In this document: one piece after another, positions 45,549 to 54,674 of the stretch
Numbering within the stretch: position 1 is the stretch's first letter
Layout: every line of letters begins with the position of its first letter
DNA from: a bacterium
Lineage (GTDB): Bacteria; Bdellovibrionota_C; UBA2361; RFPC01
Direction of reading: 5' to 3'
Assembly: GCA_030431715.1 (NCBI GenBank)
Contig: JAUIIO010000007.1
Span: 33,756 to 97,755 of the forward strand
DNA: 64,000 nucleotides
Notes under the pieces: model-generated
What the model saw: only the letters and a program-made list of their open reading frames with translations
The model's database searches: none
Told to the model about the DNA's origin: nothing
Program-made: the position numbers and the translations under genes

Positions 45549-47186
45549 TTACCTCAGGGGGTTATTTGTACGGTGGATGAGTTTTTCTATTCGTTTGAGA
45601 ATAAGCTTTTTCTTTGTGCCTTTTGAGCAGTAGTCATCGGCTCCAGCTGCGAGCAAATTGTACTCAGTATCTTCATCGTTAATGGCTGTGAGCATGAGTA
45701 CGGGAAGGTGAGTTCCTTTCGGTGAATTTCGTAGCTCTTTTACGAAATCTTCACCGTTCATGACGGGCATCATGAGATCACATACTATGAGATTTGTAGA
45801 GTCGTTCTTTAGCGCATGTAGAGCCTCTTTTCCATTTGTCGCAGTTTGAATTTCATATCCTTCCTTCTCAAGGACCATGGTAAGAATATCGAGCTGATCC
45901 TGATTGTCTTCAACTAAAAGAATTTTTGGTTTTACTGCCTTCGCTTTTGTTTCCTTAAAGAAGTACTCGTTGTCCAAGTTTTCAAGTTGTTCGCGTAGTT
46001 CAGCTTCAATAGGATTTTCTATATCTTGTCTTCCGGATCGATGAATAGCGGCGGCAAGAAATCCACTGCTAATACGTTTTACGGCCCCTAGAACCTCCTC
46101 GAAAGTTGTTACCTTTTGTTCAACCTTGGTGAGGCCATCTTCTAGCAGACTGCGTGCACCAGAGCGTGATGCAAGTTCAGATATCTGCGCAGCACTAGCA
46201 CCGTGCTCAAGGAGTTTATGAAGTTCAGGATTTATCTCAAGAGCACTTTGGAGATCTATCCAGCCCTGATACGCGCTGTGCTCACACACCTCACAACCTC
46301 TTCCAACCATATATTCGAAGTCTGAATCTGGTTGTAGTATTGGTGGTAGCGTTGTAATGAACTCACTTGAGATAGGTGTTCTTTTGGAGCATTTCTTACA
46401 AGATTGCCTTACAGAGCGACTCATAAATGAGGCAACAAGTAAGTTATAGAATCTCTTAATCGCTTCTTTCTCGTCTCGAAAGAGATTCCCCGTTTGCAAT
46501 ATAGCCTCAACAGAATCATCGCTATCGACGCCGAGAAGTATCAGGGATTCTTCTGCAAGTTCAAGTACTCGGGTGAGGTCTTGTGCTGTGCGAGCTTTAT
46601 AGCAGATTCGAGCATCGGGCCGGAGTGAATAGCACGTACGCAAAGCATCTTTTCCTGGCGTTCGTTCTCTATCAAAGTTACAGAGCACGATACCTTTTGG
46701 AGCAGCAATGATCTGTCCCAGTACGTTTGTATTATACTCAGCCTGTTGTTTTTGGAGGGTTTGAAGATCCGATTTTTCAGTTCTGATATCTTTAAAGAGG
46801 AGAACAGCCTCTTTGGTGTTCATCCGCTTCTGTCTCTCAACGGTGCAGCAAGCATAGGTATTAGCTTTGAGTTTCATGCGCAGCGTTTTGGGAAGAGAAG
46901 CGCTGGTCGCTCTGGTGTTGAGAGTTGTAGGTTCCGCAATTGTCTTTAGCTCAACGGAAGTTAGAATACTCTTCCAAAATGCCTGTGAGCAGGCGAACTC
47001 GCGTGAACTTAACTTCTCTCCTTTAAAGAATGTGAGGTGAAGAGCCTTTTCTTCCTTAAGGCTTAACTCTAATTTTGTTGCTTCTCCGCGGGTGGCCTCT
47101 TCTATGATGCGTGGGAGAAATTGCGAGATAGCGGTGCTCTCGATAGTGAGACTGCCTGAGCTCTGATTGTTTGTATTCGTATCCAT
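45549..47186 (-). CDS. degenerate GspE/PilB-like domain (Walker A lost) fused to C-terminal receiver domain; paralogue of 32466..34667
   Basis: The C-terminal tetracysteine region CKKCSKR...CEVCEHSAYQGW and helices TTFEEVL are retained. The Walker A position reads NFDRERTPGKDALRT. The C-terminal receiver ILLVEDNQDQLDILTMVL...VCDLMMPVMNGEDF...PVLMLTA is highly similar to the receiver of the 733-aa ATPase. Confidence 0.7.
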   Translation of the reverse strand: MDTNTNNQSSGSLTIESTAISQFLPRIIEEATRGEATKLELSLKEEKALHLTFFKGEKLSSREFACSQAFWKSILTSVELKTIAEPTTLNTRATSASLPKTLRMKLKANTYACCTVERQKRMNTKEAVLLFKDIRTEKSDLQTLQKQQAEYNTNVLGQIIAAPKGIVLCNFDRERTPGKDALRTCYSLRPDARICYKARTAQDLTRVLELAEESLILLGVDSDDSVEAILQTGNLFRDEKEAIKRFYNLLVASFMSRSVRQSCKKCSKRTPISSEFITTLPPILQPDSDFEYMVGRGCEVCEHSAYQGWIDLQSALEINPELHKLLEHGASAAQISELASRSGARSLLEDGLTKVEQKVTTFEEVLGAVKRISSGFLAAAIHRSGRQDIENPIEAELREQLENLDNEYFFKETKAKAVKPKILLVEDNQDQLDILTMVLEKEGYEIQTATNGKEALHALKNDSTNLIVCDLMMPVMNGEDFVKELRNSPKGTHLPVLMLTAINDEDTEYNLLAAGADDYCSKGTKKKLILKRIEKLIHRTNNPLR

Positions 47187-47300
47187 TTTTTAAAACGCTT
47201 TTCCCCGGCATCCGTATTGGTAGTACCTTAGATCTTAGATGCGTACTTCTGCGGAGGCGTTCCAGAGAAGGTTCGAAAAAAAACAAATGCAATTAGAGGG

Positions 47301-47972
47301 TTAGGGGGAGAGGCGGGATTTCGTCCAGCTCTCTTTGCTCGTTTTCTTGTACAGGATGCGGTCGTGAAGTCGATTTAAGCGAAGCTGCCAGAACTCTATC
47401 TCAATGGGCTTTATCCTGTAGCCTGTCCAGTAATCAGGCCGGGGTATGGGTTGTTGCGCGAACTTTTCTTCGTACTCAATAACTTTATCTTCAAGCTCTT
47501 TTCTTGAGTGTAGCGTTGTGCTCTGTTCTGAAGCCCATGCTCCAATTTGACTTCGGCGTGGACGAGAGGAGAAGTACTGGTCAGCAGTAGAGTTGTCTAC
47601 GAATTCTACGTCCCCCTTTATCCGTACCTGACGCTGAGAGACGCTCCAATAAAAAGTGATAGAGGCTTTTGGGTGAGCTGAGAGGGCTGCTCCTTTTTGG
47701 GATTGAGTATTGGAGTAGAATACAAAACCTTCCTTGCTCCACTCTTTTAAGAGCACAATGCGTCCCTCCGGGTAATCATCTGTGCCGGTAGTCGAAAGAC
47801 ACATAGCATTAGGAAATTCACCGGAAAGTGATTTCTTCGCTTGGTTATACCACTGCTCAAATACCACAAATGGATCGGCATGAAGCGATTTTTGAGATAA
47901 TGGCTGGCGAAACCAGAGCGTTGGATGGGTGAGGAAAAAAAGAAGTTCGCGTGAAGTTGAAAAACGAGCCAT
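47301..47972 (-). CDS. pdxH: pyridoxamine 5'-phosphate oxidase
   Basis: FVFYSNTQSQKGAALSAHPKASITFYW...RPDYWTGYRIKPIEIEFWQ. Confidence 0.9.
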   Translation of the reverse strand: MARFSTSRELLFFLTHPTLWFRQPLSQKSLHADPFVVFEQWYNQAKKSLSGEFPNAMCLSTTGTDDYPEGRIVLLKEWSKEGFVFYSNTQSQKGAALSAHPKASITFYWSVSQRQVRIKGDVEFVDNSTADQYFSSRPRRSQIGAWASEQSTTLHSRKELEDKVIEYEEKFAQQPIPRPDYWTGYRIKPIEIEFWQLRLNRLHDRILYKKTSKESWTKSRLSP

Positions 47973-48023
47973 GGGTTGTTCTCTGTACCTGCTGCGTTCA
48001 TGTACGGTGAAACAGGAATCTTT

Positions 48024-48866
48024 TTACAGATGATAACGTAGAGAAGATGCTCTGCCCAGCCAATATGTACATATACCGACTAGATAGAGAGGAACCTGCG
48101 CTTGGGATGGGGTTTGGGCAATTAAAGTTAGATGACGCTTTGCATGCTGGAAGCAAAGATATAGAGCTTGTGCCTTACTGATGCCCCTCGTCAGCATGAA
48201 AGCTGTTACATAGGATGGTATGGAGTATTTACGGTCGTAATCAGAATCGAGAATGTCATCATACATTTGAATCAAGTACCCAAGGTGGAGCAAGCTAAAA
48301 ATATCTTCTTCAAGGGGAGTACGGCTTTTCTCTGTCGAGGTATTTAGGGAATCTACTGGGAGGGCGAACAGTTGACAGATGGCGTCAAAGATAGCTCTGG
48401 TTTCTCTTTCCCGCGCGGACAAGATCTCATTTGAATCAGTGAGTTTTTTATTCTGAGATTGCGATTTTATGATTCGTCGATAGCTGGGCAGTATTTGTAA
48501 GAGTCTTTTGCGAGAGCGCATTCTTACCCGTAGTGAAATATAGTGGTCATAATCAAAGCTTTTTCCGTCATAGTAACGATTTAGAAGTGAAGCGAAATCA
48601 GTGAAGAGAGCCGCGTCATTTCTTGCCCCGTTTGAAAGTGAGATGCCATGGAGTAAGGCGATGTAGTCAAAGGCAGAAATAAGTCCCGTTCTTAGAGGGG
48701 TAGCCGGGGATTGGGTGAAAAAGAAGCGTACATTTCGTAGCGTAAGTATGAAAGCGTATAGAGCGCGAACTGATTTTTGTATCATTCTTGTCTTGGGGGT
48801 CGGTATTTGACTACTATAGCTTTGGATGTGCTTGATTACCAGTAGCATCACCCTCAGATGCCCCAA
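48024..48866 (-). CDS. hypothetical protein (280 aa), weak isoprenoid-synthase-like Asp-rich motif
   Basis: YLIQMYDDILDSDYD resembles a DDxxD-type motif, but the match is weak and helical. Confidence 0.3.
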   Translation of the reverse strand: MGHLRVMLLVIKHIQSYSSQIPTPKTRMIQKSVRALYAFILTLRNVRFFFTQSPATPLRTGLISAFDYIALLHGISLSNGARNDAALFTDFASLLNRYYDGKSFDYDHYISLRVRMRSRKRLLQILPSYRRIIKSQSQNKKLTDSNEILSARERETRAIFDAICQLFALPVDSLNTSTEKSRTPLEEDIFSLLHLGYLIQMYDDILDSDYDRKYSIPSYVTAFMLTRGISKAQALYLCFQHAKRHLTLIAQTPSQAQVPLYLVGICTYWLGRASSLRYHL

Positions 48867-48879
48867 TTTGTAAGAGCTT

Positions 48880-49815
48880 ATGGCAGAGAATGTTCAGGAG
48901 ATTAAAGATCGCGCGATGACGCTTTCCTTGCTAGTCGCAATCTTTATGATTGTGGGGAAGTTTCTAGCATACTGGCTCTCTGGGAGTACCGCAGTTCTCT
49001 CAGATGCTCTTGAATCATTGGTGCATATCGTGGCTACTGGCTTTAGTGCTTATTGCGTTCGTTTTGCCTCTCGTCCTCCAGATGAGTCACATCTTTTTGG
49101 CCACGGTAAAATTGTGACCTTATCTATTGGCATAGAGGGTGGATTAATTTTTGTTACAGCATTATACATTGCAGTCAAAGCTTTGATGGCGATGTATTTC
49201 GGACCTGATTTACATGAATTAGGAATTGCTCTCTTTCTGACCGGTGCTTTTGGGGTGATTAACTTATTCCTCGGTACCTACCTTGTGAAGACCGGAAGAC
49301 GACTCAACGCACCAGCTATTATTGCTAATGGGAAACATGTTCTTACAGATATGTGGACAAGTGTTGTAGTTGTGGGAGGTCTTTTCCTTGTTTGGGTTTC
49401 GGGCGTTAGTCTTCTAGATCCCATTGCAGCTCTCCTTGCTGCAGCATGGATCTTGTACTCAGCTATGAAGATTTTAAAAGATGCAATTCAGGAGATGATG
49501 GATGAAGCGCAACCTGAAGATACAGAACGCTTAGTTACCCTCCTCGATTCTCTTGTAAGTAAAGGTGAGATCCATGAATACCACCAGCTAAGGCACCGAA
49601 GGATAAATGGGGAGCTTTCCATAGAGATTCATCTGCTTTTCCCAGATAATGACTCTGTTTTTGATGCGCACCATGAGGCGACCCATGTTGAACAGGTGCT
49701 CAAAGAGAGCTTTGGTCAGAATACACGAATCTTAACACATATAGAGCCACTTACGCACAGTGAAGCTCACCCTGAGGAATTTGAAGAGGGGATCGATCCG
49801 CTCTCTCAGCTTTGA
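48880..49815 (+). CDS. cation diffusion facilitator (CDF) family metal efflux transporter
   Basis: Six transmembrane helices. ALESLVHIVATG...HLFGHGKI signature. C-terminal cytoplasmic domain. Confidence 0.85.
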   Translation: MAENVQEIKDRAMTLSLLVAIFMIVGKFLAYWLSGSTAVLSDALESLVHIVATGFSAYCVRFASRPPDESHLFGHGKIVTLSIGIEGGLIFVTALYIAVKALMAMYFGPDLHELGIALFLTGAFGVINLFLGTYLVKTGRRLNAPAIIANGKHVLTDMWTSVVVVGGLFLVWVSGVSLLDPIAALLAAAWILYSAMKILKDAIQEMMDEAQPEDTERLVTLLDSLVSKGEIHEYHQLRHRRINGELSIEIHLLFPDNDSVFDAHHEATHVEQVLKESFGQNTRILTHIEPLTHSEAHPEEFEEGIDPLSQL

Positions 49816-50915
49816 GGATGTTGTTCGGATCCAAGAATATCAGTGATCATTTTCGTGGTCTCAGGAAAGTTCAGTGGCCATGAAAAACAGTGAAGCCCCT
49901 TCTGGCCTGTAGCGCTCGTTAGAGTCTTGTTGCAGTGTGGCGATGAGATGATAACTGGCGAAGTGGGATCTATGCTTTGAAACTTTGGGAACCACTCTAG
50001 AATATTTTCACAGTCACTTTTTCCGTACAGAAAAATCAGTGCGATCTTATCAGATTGCTGAGCGTACCAGTCGTATGCAAGCTCAAAACTTGCAAATGAA
50101 GTTATATTGATCTCCGCTTGCTGTAAGAAAGGACTGAGAGAGGAGTGAAGGCTTTCATCTGGATCAACAAGAAGTATATTCGCGTTTTCACTGATAATAG
50201 TGGTCTCTGGCTTTCTTGTAAGGAGTGAGACAAGAGGAAAGTCTAGGGAGAAAGAGCTTCCGATTCCTTCCTTAGAAGTAATGTGAAGAGTGGCATCGTG
50301 ACTCTCGAGTATTTTGCGAACATTTGTGAGTCCTTGGCCTCTTATGAGCCCGGTGCCTTTGGTTGAGTAAGCGCCTTTGTCGATTTTAAATAGGGTCTCC
50401 TCGCTCATGCCACAGCCTGTATCTGTAATCACGAGCTCCGCTCGGTTTTCTTCCTCGTGACTTGAGAGTTCTAGCGTTATCTTGCCAGATTCAGATATTG
50501 CTTGCTCAGCATTTACAAGAAGATTTAAAATTACACGTTTAAGCTGCACGCTATTTGCGTTGACACATATGCCAGCCTCTAGCTTAAAGTGAAGCGATAC
50601 CTCTTTTCTTAGACTTTCCTTAAAGAACTGACAGGCTTCTTCAGTTATTGCGCTGAGGTTTACAAGCTTCTGATTTAGTCCACGAGTAGTATCATAGAGC
50701 TGTTTTACGAGTTCACTTGCATCACTTATGCCACTCAGTAGGAGCTTGAGTCTCTTGTAATTACTTGAGCTCTTCTCAGTGTTGCGCAGGAGTGATTGAA
50801 GCGCACCGGTACAGCTCATAAGAGAATTGTTAATGTCGTGAGCGAGTGAGCGTATGCGGGAAGATTCCTCCCTATCGCACTCATTGGTGCTCCCCTGCGG
50901 GTCTGCTTTTTTCAT
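49806..50915 (-). CDS. cytoplasmic hybrid histidine kinase (HisKA + HATPase_c + degenerate C-terminal receiver-like domain)
   Basis: H-box SLAHDINNSLMS. N box and G boxes (VITDTGCGMSEE, GTGLIRGQGL). No transmembrane or sensor domain. C-terminal ILLVDPDESL... receiver-like region. Confidence 0.7.
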   Translation of the reverse strand: MKKADPQGSTNECDREESSRIRSLAHDINNSLMSCTGALQSLLRNTEKSSSNYKRLKLLLSGISDASELVKQLYDTTRGLNQKLVNLSAITEEACQFFKESLRKEVSLHFKLEAGICVNANSVQLKRVILNLLVNAEQAISESGKITLELSSHEEENRAELVITDTGCGMSEETLFKIDKGAYSTKGTGLIRGQGLTNVRKILESHDATLHITSKEGIGSSFSLDFPLVSLLTRKPETTIISENANILLVDPDESLHSSLSPFLQQAEINITSFASFELAYDWYAQQSDKIALIFLYGKSDCENILEWFPKFQSIDPTSPVIISSPHCNKTLTSATGQKGLHCFSWPLNFPETTKMITDILGSEQHPQS

Positions 50916-51010
50916 AACTCCTTAGCGCGACTATGTACTGCTGCGCACCCTGTCTTCGTCTGGAGATATAATCGCCTGATTGTAATGAAAGGTTAATTAT
51001 CTGAGGTCAA

Positions 51011-51775
51011 TTATCTGACAAAAACGTACTCATCCTCAGCAGAAAGCGAGGGGACATAGGAGTATCCATTGACATTGAAGTCAATTAACTGCTTGGGATC
51101 TTTAGCTTTATTTACTATGGCCCAATTTGCCATTTCTCCGCGGGCTTGTTTGGCAAAGAGAGCCACTGTTTTAAGAGCTTTCCCCTTTTTCTCTTTAAAT
51201 ACGATATCGATTACAGGAGCTGTGAGCGCATCTTTATTGAGCGCCTTAGAATACTCCTGTGAGGCGAGATTAATAAGAACCTTTGATTTTGATTCCCTAA
51301 TATCTTTATTCAGGCAGCTCGTGGCAGCCTCGGTCCAGAACTCATAAAGATTTTTTGAGCTAGCGACTTTGAGTTTGGTTTTCATTTCAAGTCGGTAAGG
51401 TTGTATTCTGTCTAGAGGGCGCAATATGCCGTAAAGACCAGAGAGTATTCTTAGATGTTTTTGAGCATACTCAAAGTCGCGCTTTTTGTACTGTTCTAGG
51501 TGAAATCCTTGATATACATCTCCTCGAAAGCTGAGCAGAGCTTGGCGAGAGTTTGATTTCGTTAGGCTCTTTGAAAAAGCTTGGTAACGCTCATAGTTGA
51601 GCTCTGCGAGTTTCTTGCTTACTGAAAGTGTCTTTGCGAGATTGGTACTGGACTGCTTCTTAAGAATATCTACGATCTGTAGTGATTGCTTAAAGAGCAC
51701 TGGTTTTGTCGATTCGTCATAGGAGAGCTCGTCTTCAAAATCCTGAGTCTTTGATGGTGAGAGTAAAAAAATCAT
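51011..51775 (-). CDS. yaaA: peroxide stress protein YaaA (UPF0246/DUF328)
   Basis: N-terminus MIFLLSPSKTQDFE matches YaaA (MLILISPAKTLDY). Start placed at the internal Met at 51775. Confidence 0.85.
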   Translation of the reverse strand: MIFLLSPSKTQDFEDELSYDESTKPVLFKQSLQIVDILKKQSSTNLAKTLSVSKKLAELNYERYQAFSKSLTKSNSRQALLSFRGDVYQGFHLEQYKKRDFEYAQKHLRILSGLYGILRPLDRIQPYRLEMKTKLKVASSKNLYEFWTEAATSCLNKDIRESKSKVLINLASQEYSKALNKDALTAPVIDIVFKEKKGKALKTVALFAKQARGEMANWAIVNKAKDPKQLIDFNVNGYSYVPSLSAEDEYVFVR

Positions 51776-51779
51776 GAAG

Positions 51780-52856
51780 CTATCCTCCCTGACGAACAAA
51801 CTTTCTTACGTAAGTATTATGTTCTTTGAGCGTTTTTGAAAAGTGATGCTTACGAGTTTGAATGTCTTCAACAACATAGTACATATACCCCATGTCTGTC
51901 GGTTGCAGAACGGCCTTAAGTGATGCCTTTGAGGGAGAGCAGATAGGAGAGGGCGGAAGGCCTGGGTGAATCCTCGTGTTATATGGGTTCCCCTTATCCT
52001 TTAGATGTTTACGTCGTATATTGCCATCAAAGTCTTGGATTCCGTATATGAGTGAAGCATCAATGGCCAGTGGTATGCCACGCTTTAATCGTCTCCATAT
52101 GACTTCTGATACGGCGCCGCGCTCATCAGGTCTTCCTGTTTCTCGTTCGATGAGCGAGGCAAAAGTCACCGCATCGTGGAGAGAGAGTTCTTTTTCACTA
52201 ATATCGGTGAGGTAGTCTTTTGGTAGTTCTTTCCAGAAGGTGCGCACCATTTTTTTAATTACCTCACGTGCCTCTGGTAGAACGATAAAATTATAGGTTG
52301 CTGGATAAAGAAATCCTTCGAGGCTGGTTGATGGTACTCTGAGTGCCTTTAGGAAATCCTTGTCTGTATTGAGCCGATGAAACTCCTCTTCCGATGTAAT
52401 GTTATCCGCAAGAAGTCGCTCCCTTACCTGTGCGACCGTATATCCCTCCGGGACAGTGAGTGAGTAAACAACGGGTTGGTAGATTTCCCCTTTTATAATG
52501 GTTGTAGCCACGTCTCTAGGAGAAAGAGGGGAGTGAAAGAGGTAACGACCGGCCTGAAAGTTTCGATAGTTTGAAAACAGGCGAACCCAATATTCAAAGA
52601 ACAGGGCATTTGATACAAGCTGTTGATCTTCAAAGATATGACTCAGCTGTTTAAGGGTAACGCCCCGAGGAACACGGATGTCTATAGGCTGCGTCAGTTC
52701 AATCGTGCTTGTTCCCCATGCCTTTAGGTATTTGTACGAAAAGGTCGCGGTAGCTGCAGTTACCAGAAGACCAAAGAATAGGAGAAGAAAAAATGTACGA
52801 CCAGCTCTCATCGCCTCGACATGCTTGCATGAGCTACAAAGAAACTCAATGTGCAA
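51780..52856 (-). CDS. mltG: endolytic murein transglycosylase MltG (YceG family)
   Basis: N-terminal transmembrane helix. YceG-like domain with RIHPGLPPSPICSPS and MYYVVED motifs. Confidence 0.85.
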   Translation of the reverse strand: MHIEFLCSSCKHVEAMRAGRTFFLLLFFGLLVTAATATFSYKYLKAWGTSTIELTQPIDIRVPRGVTLKQLSHIFEDQQLVSNALFFEYWVRLFSNYRNFQAGRYLFHSPLSPRDVATTIIKGEIYQPVVYSLTVPEGYTVAQVRERLLADNITSEEEFHRLNTDKDFLKALRVPSTSLEGFLYPATYNFIVLPEAREVIKKMVRTFWKELPKDYLTDISEKELSLHDAVTFASLIERETGRPDERGAVSEVIWRRLKRGIPLAIDASLIYGIQDFDGNIRRKHLKDKGNPYNTRIHPGLPPSPICSPSKASLKAVLQPTDMGYMYYVVEDIQTRKHHFSKTLKEHNTYVRKFVRQGG

Positions 52857-52883
52857 AATGCTCTGATTAATGCTAAGTAGTAG

Positions 52884-53549
52884 TTGGGGAGTGATATTGT
52901 GGAAGAAAGTCCATTTCGAAGAACCATTACTGCTTTAAATGACTCGGGAGAACCTTACGTTATCGTTGGGGGCTTTGCTGTCGTGATGCACGGGGTGAGC
53001 CGATTCACCCCTGATATGAATATTATTGTGCCTTTTGAGCAGGGGAGTATTGAACGGATCTGCTCTACACTGGAGTCTCACCACTTTATTCCCTTTGGCT
53101 CGGTGACAAGGGAGCAGTTTCAGAACCCCTCTGAAAGGGAAAATCTAATTGAGAAGGGGCATTGGTTCTATACCTTTGTCGATGAGCAAGCCCCGACATT
53201 TCGCATCGATCTCTTCTTGCAGCATCCGATCCCGTTTGTAGAGTTACGCGATGAGGCGATGGATGTGTCCTTTCATGAAGGGGGTACGAAAGTTTGTAGT
53301 TTTGATCATCTTATGAAACTTAAGAGATTGGCGGATCGGGGGCAGGATAAAGTCGATGTTGAGAATCTTGAGATCGTTGAAGTGATTAAGAAGTTTGAAG
53401 GGGATGCCGAAAAAATACGTAACAATCTCCCTGCATCGGCACACGATCGAGTCGAGGACCTCATCTCCTTCTGTGCCTTATCGCCTGATAAGAAAGCCGA
53501 TTGGCTTCTTGATATGCTCACAGAAATTGGGAAATTCTGCATCGTTTAG
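52884..53549 (+). CDS. hypothetical protein, possible nucleotidyltransferase-fold (221 aa)
   Basis: PYVIVGGFAVVMHGVSRFTPDMNII resembles a nucleotidyltransferase-fold core. Weak. Confidence 0.35.
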   Translation: MGSDIVEESPFRRTITALNDSGEPYVIVGGFAVVMHGVSRFTPDMNIIVPFEQGSIERICSTLESHHFIPFGSVTREQFQNPSERENLIEKGHWFYTFVDEQAPTFRIDLFLQHPIPFVELRDEAMDVSFHEGGTKVCSFDHLMKLKRLADRGQDKVDVENLEIVEVIKKFEGDAEKIRNNLPASAHDRVEDLISFCALSPDKKADWLLDMLTEIGKFCIV

Positions 53550-53624
53550 CCCCAGTCTTTCTTTCTGAGAGATATTCAATTATAGTACGTTAGGAATTTT
53601 CCCTGTATTTTCGTATTCCTATCA

Positions 53625-54668
53625 ATGAAGCAAAATATCATTTTAGTTCTTTTCGGTTTAGTACTTGGATTGGCGGCTGTCGGAGTTTCGTATCCACTGC
53701 TTATGTCTTATATCCAATCGGTTCCGGAAGGGGCCTCTTTTGAATCTGTTGAAGATTTTCAGCGAGCGATGCTTCAGCGAGATGATCGGGATAGACAAGA
53801 AGGGGAGAATGTTAGTCTGCGAACGATTATCACTCCACATCCTGATGAGCAGGTCATGTATGATCTCCTGCCCGATCAACAGGTGCTCTTTCAAAACGTT
53901 CCTGTGCGTATAAATAGTTGTGGCATGAGGGGCCCTGAGGTCGACGTATCACGGCCAGACAAGACTTATAGAATTGCATTCCTAGGAGACTCCTTCACTT
54001 TTGGCTGGGGGGTAAATGAGGATGAGGCATTTCCTGAGGTGACAGCAAAGATTTTGCAGAAGAAGTTTCCGAATATTCATGTTGAAGCCTTAAACTTTGG
54101 CGTGCCAGGATATTCCACCTTTCAAGAGGTGGCGCTCTTTAAGGACAAAGCGCTTGATTTTAAGCCTGATGCCGTTGTGGTCTATTTCGTTCAGAATGAT
54201 TTTGGATTGCCATTCTTTATTAAGAACGTGCACCAGCCCGGAAGTGTTGTGACGAGCAGAGAGTTCTCCAAATCTGCGTGGGCTCGAGATGATAGCAAGA
54301 TAGAGGAGCAGGAGCATGAGCTTAATTCATGGCTTAATCCGAACAATGCGTTATTGTCTCTTGCCAAGCTCTTACGTAAAAATGGTATCGATCTCTATGT
54401 CGCGATGAATCCGCACCCGAGTTGGAAAAAGGATTTTAAGCGTCTAAAAAAAGCGCGTAAGAATAACTGGATAACATTTATTGGAATGCGGGGAAATTTT
54501 TTACGTATAATGAAAGCACGTGGCATCAAAGCAGATCAGCTGTCTCTTGCTCATGATCCTCACCCAAGTCCAGTCAAGCATCGTATTCTTGCCGATATAC
54601 TTGCATCAGAGCTCTTTCCATCTGTTGATACCTTTAATAATTCTGTTGCTCACTTAAGTCGTAGTTGA
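53625..54668 (+). CDS. SGNH/GDSL-family hydrolase with N-terminal anchor
   Basis: Block I YRIAFLGDSFTFGWGV with the nucleophile Ser. N-terminal transmembrane helix. Confidence 0.7.
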   Translation: MKQNIILVLFGLVLGLAAVGVSYPLLMSYIQSVPEGASFESVEDFQRAMLQRDDRDRQEGENVSLRTIITPHPDEQVMYDLLPDQQVLFQNVPVRINSCGMRGPEVDVSRPDKTYRIAFLGDSFTFGWGVNEDEAFPEVTAKILQKKFPNIHVEALNFGVPGYSTFQEVALFKDKALDFKPDAVVVYFVQNDFGLPFFIKNVHQPGSVVTSREFSKSAWARDDSKIEEQEHELNSWLNPNNALLSLAKLLRKNGIDLYVAMNPHPSWKKDFKRLKKARKNNWITFIGMRGNFLRIMKARGIKADQLSLAHDPHPSPVKHRILADILASELFPSVDTFNNSVAHLSRS

Positions 54669-54674
54669 GGAATC

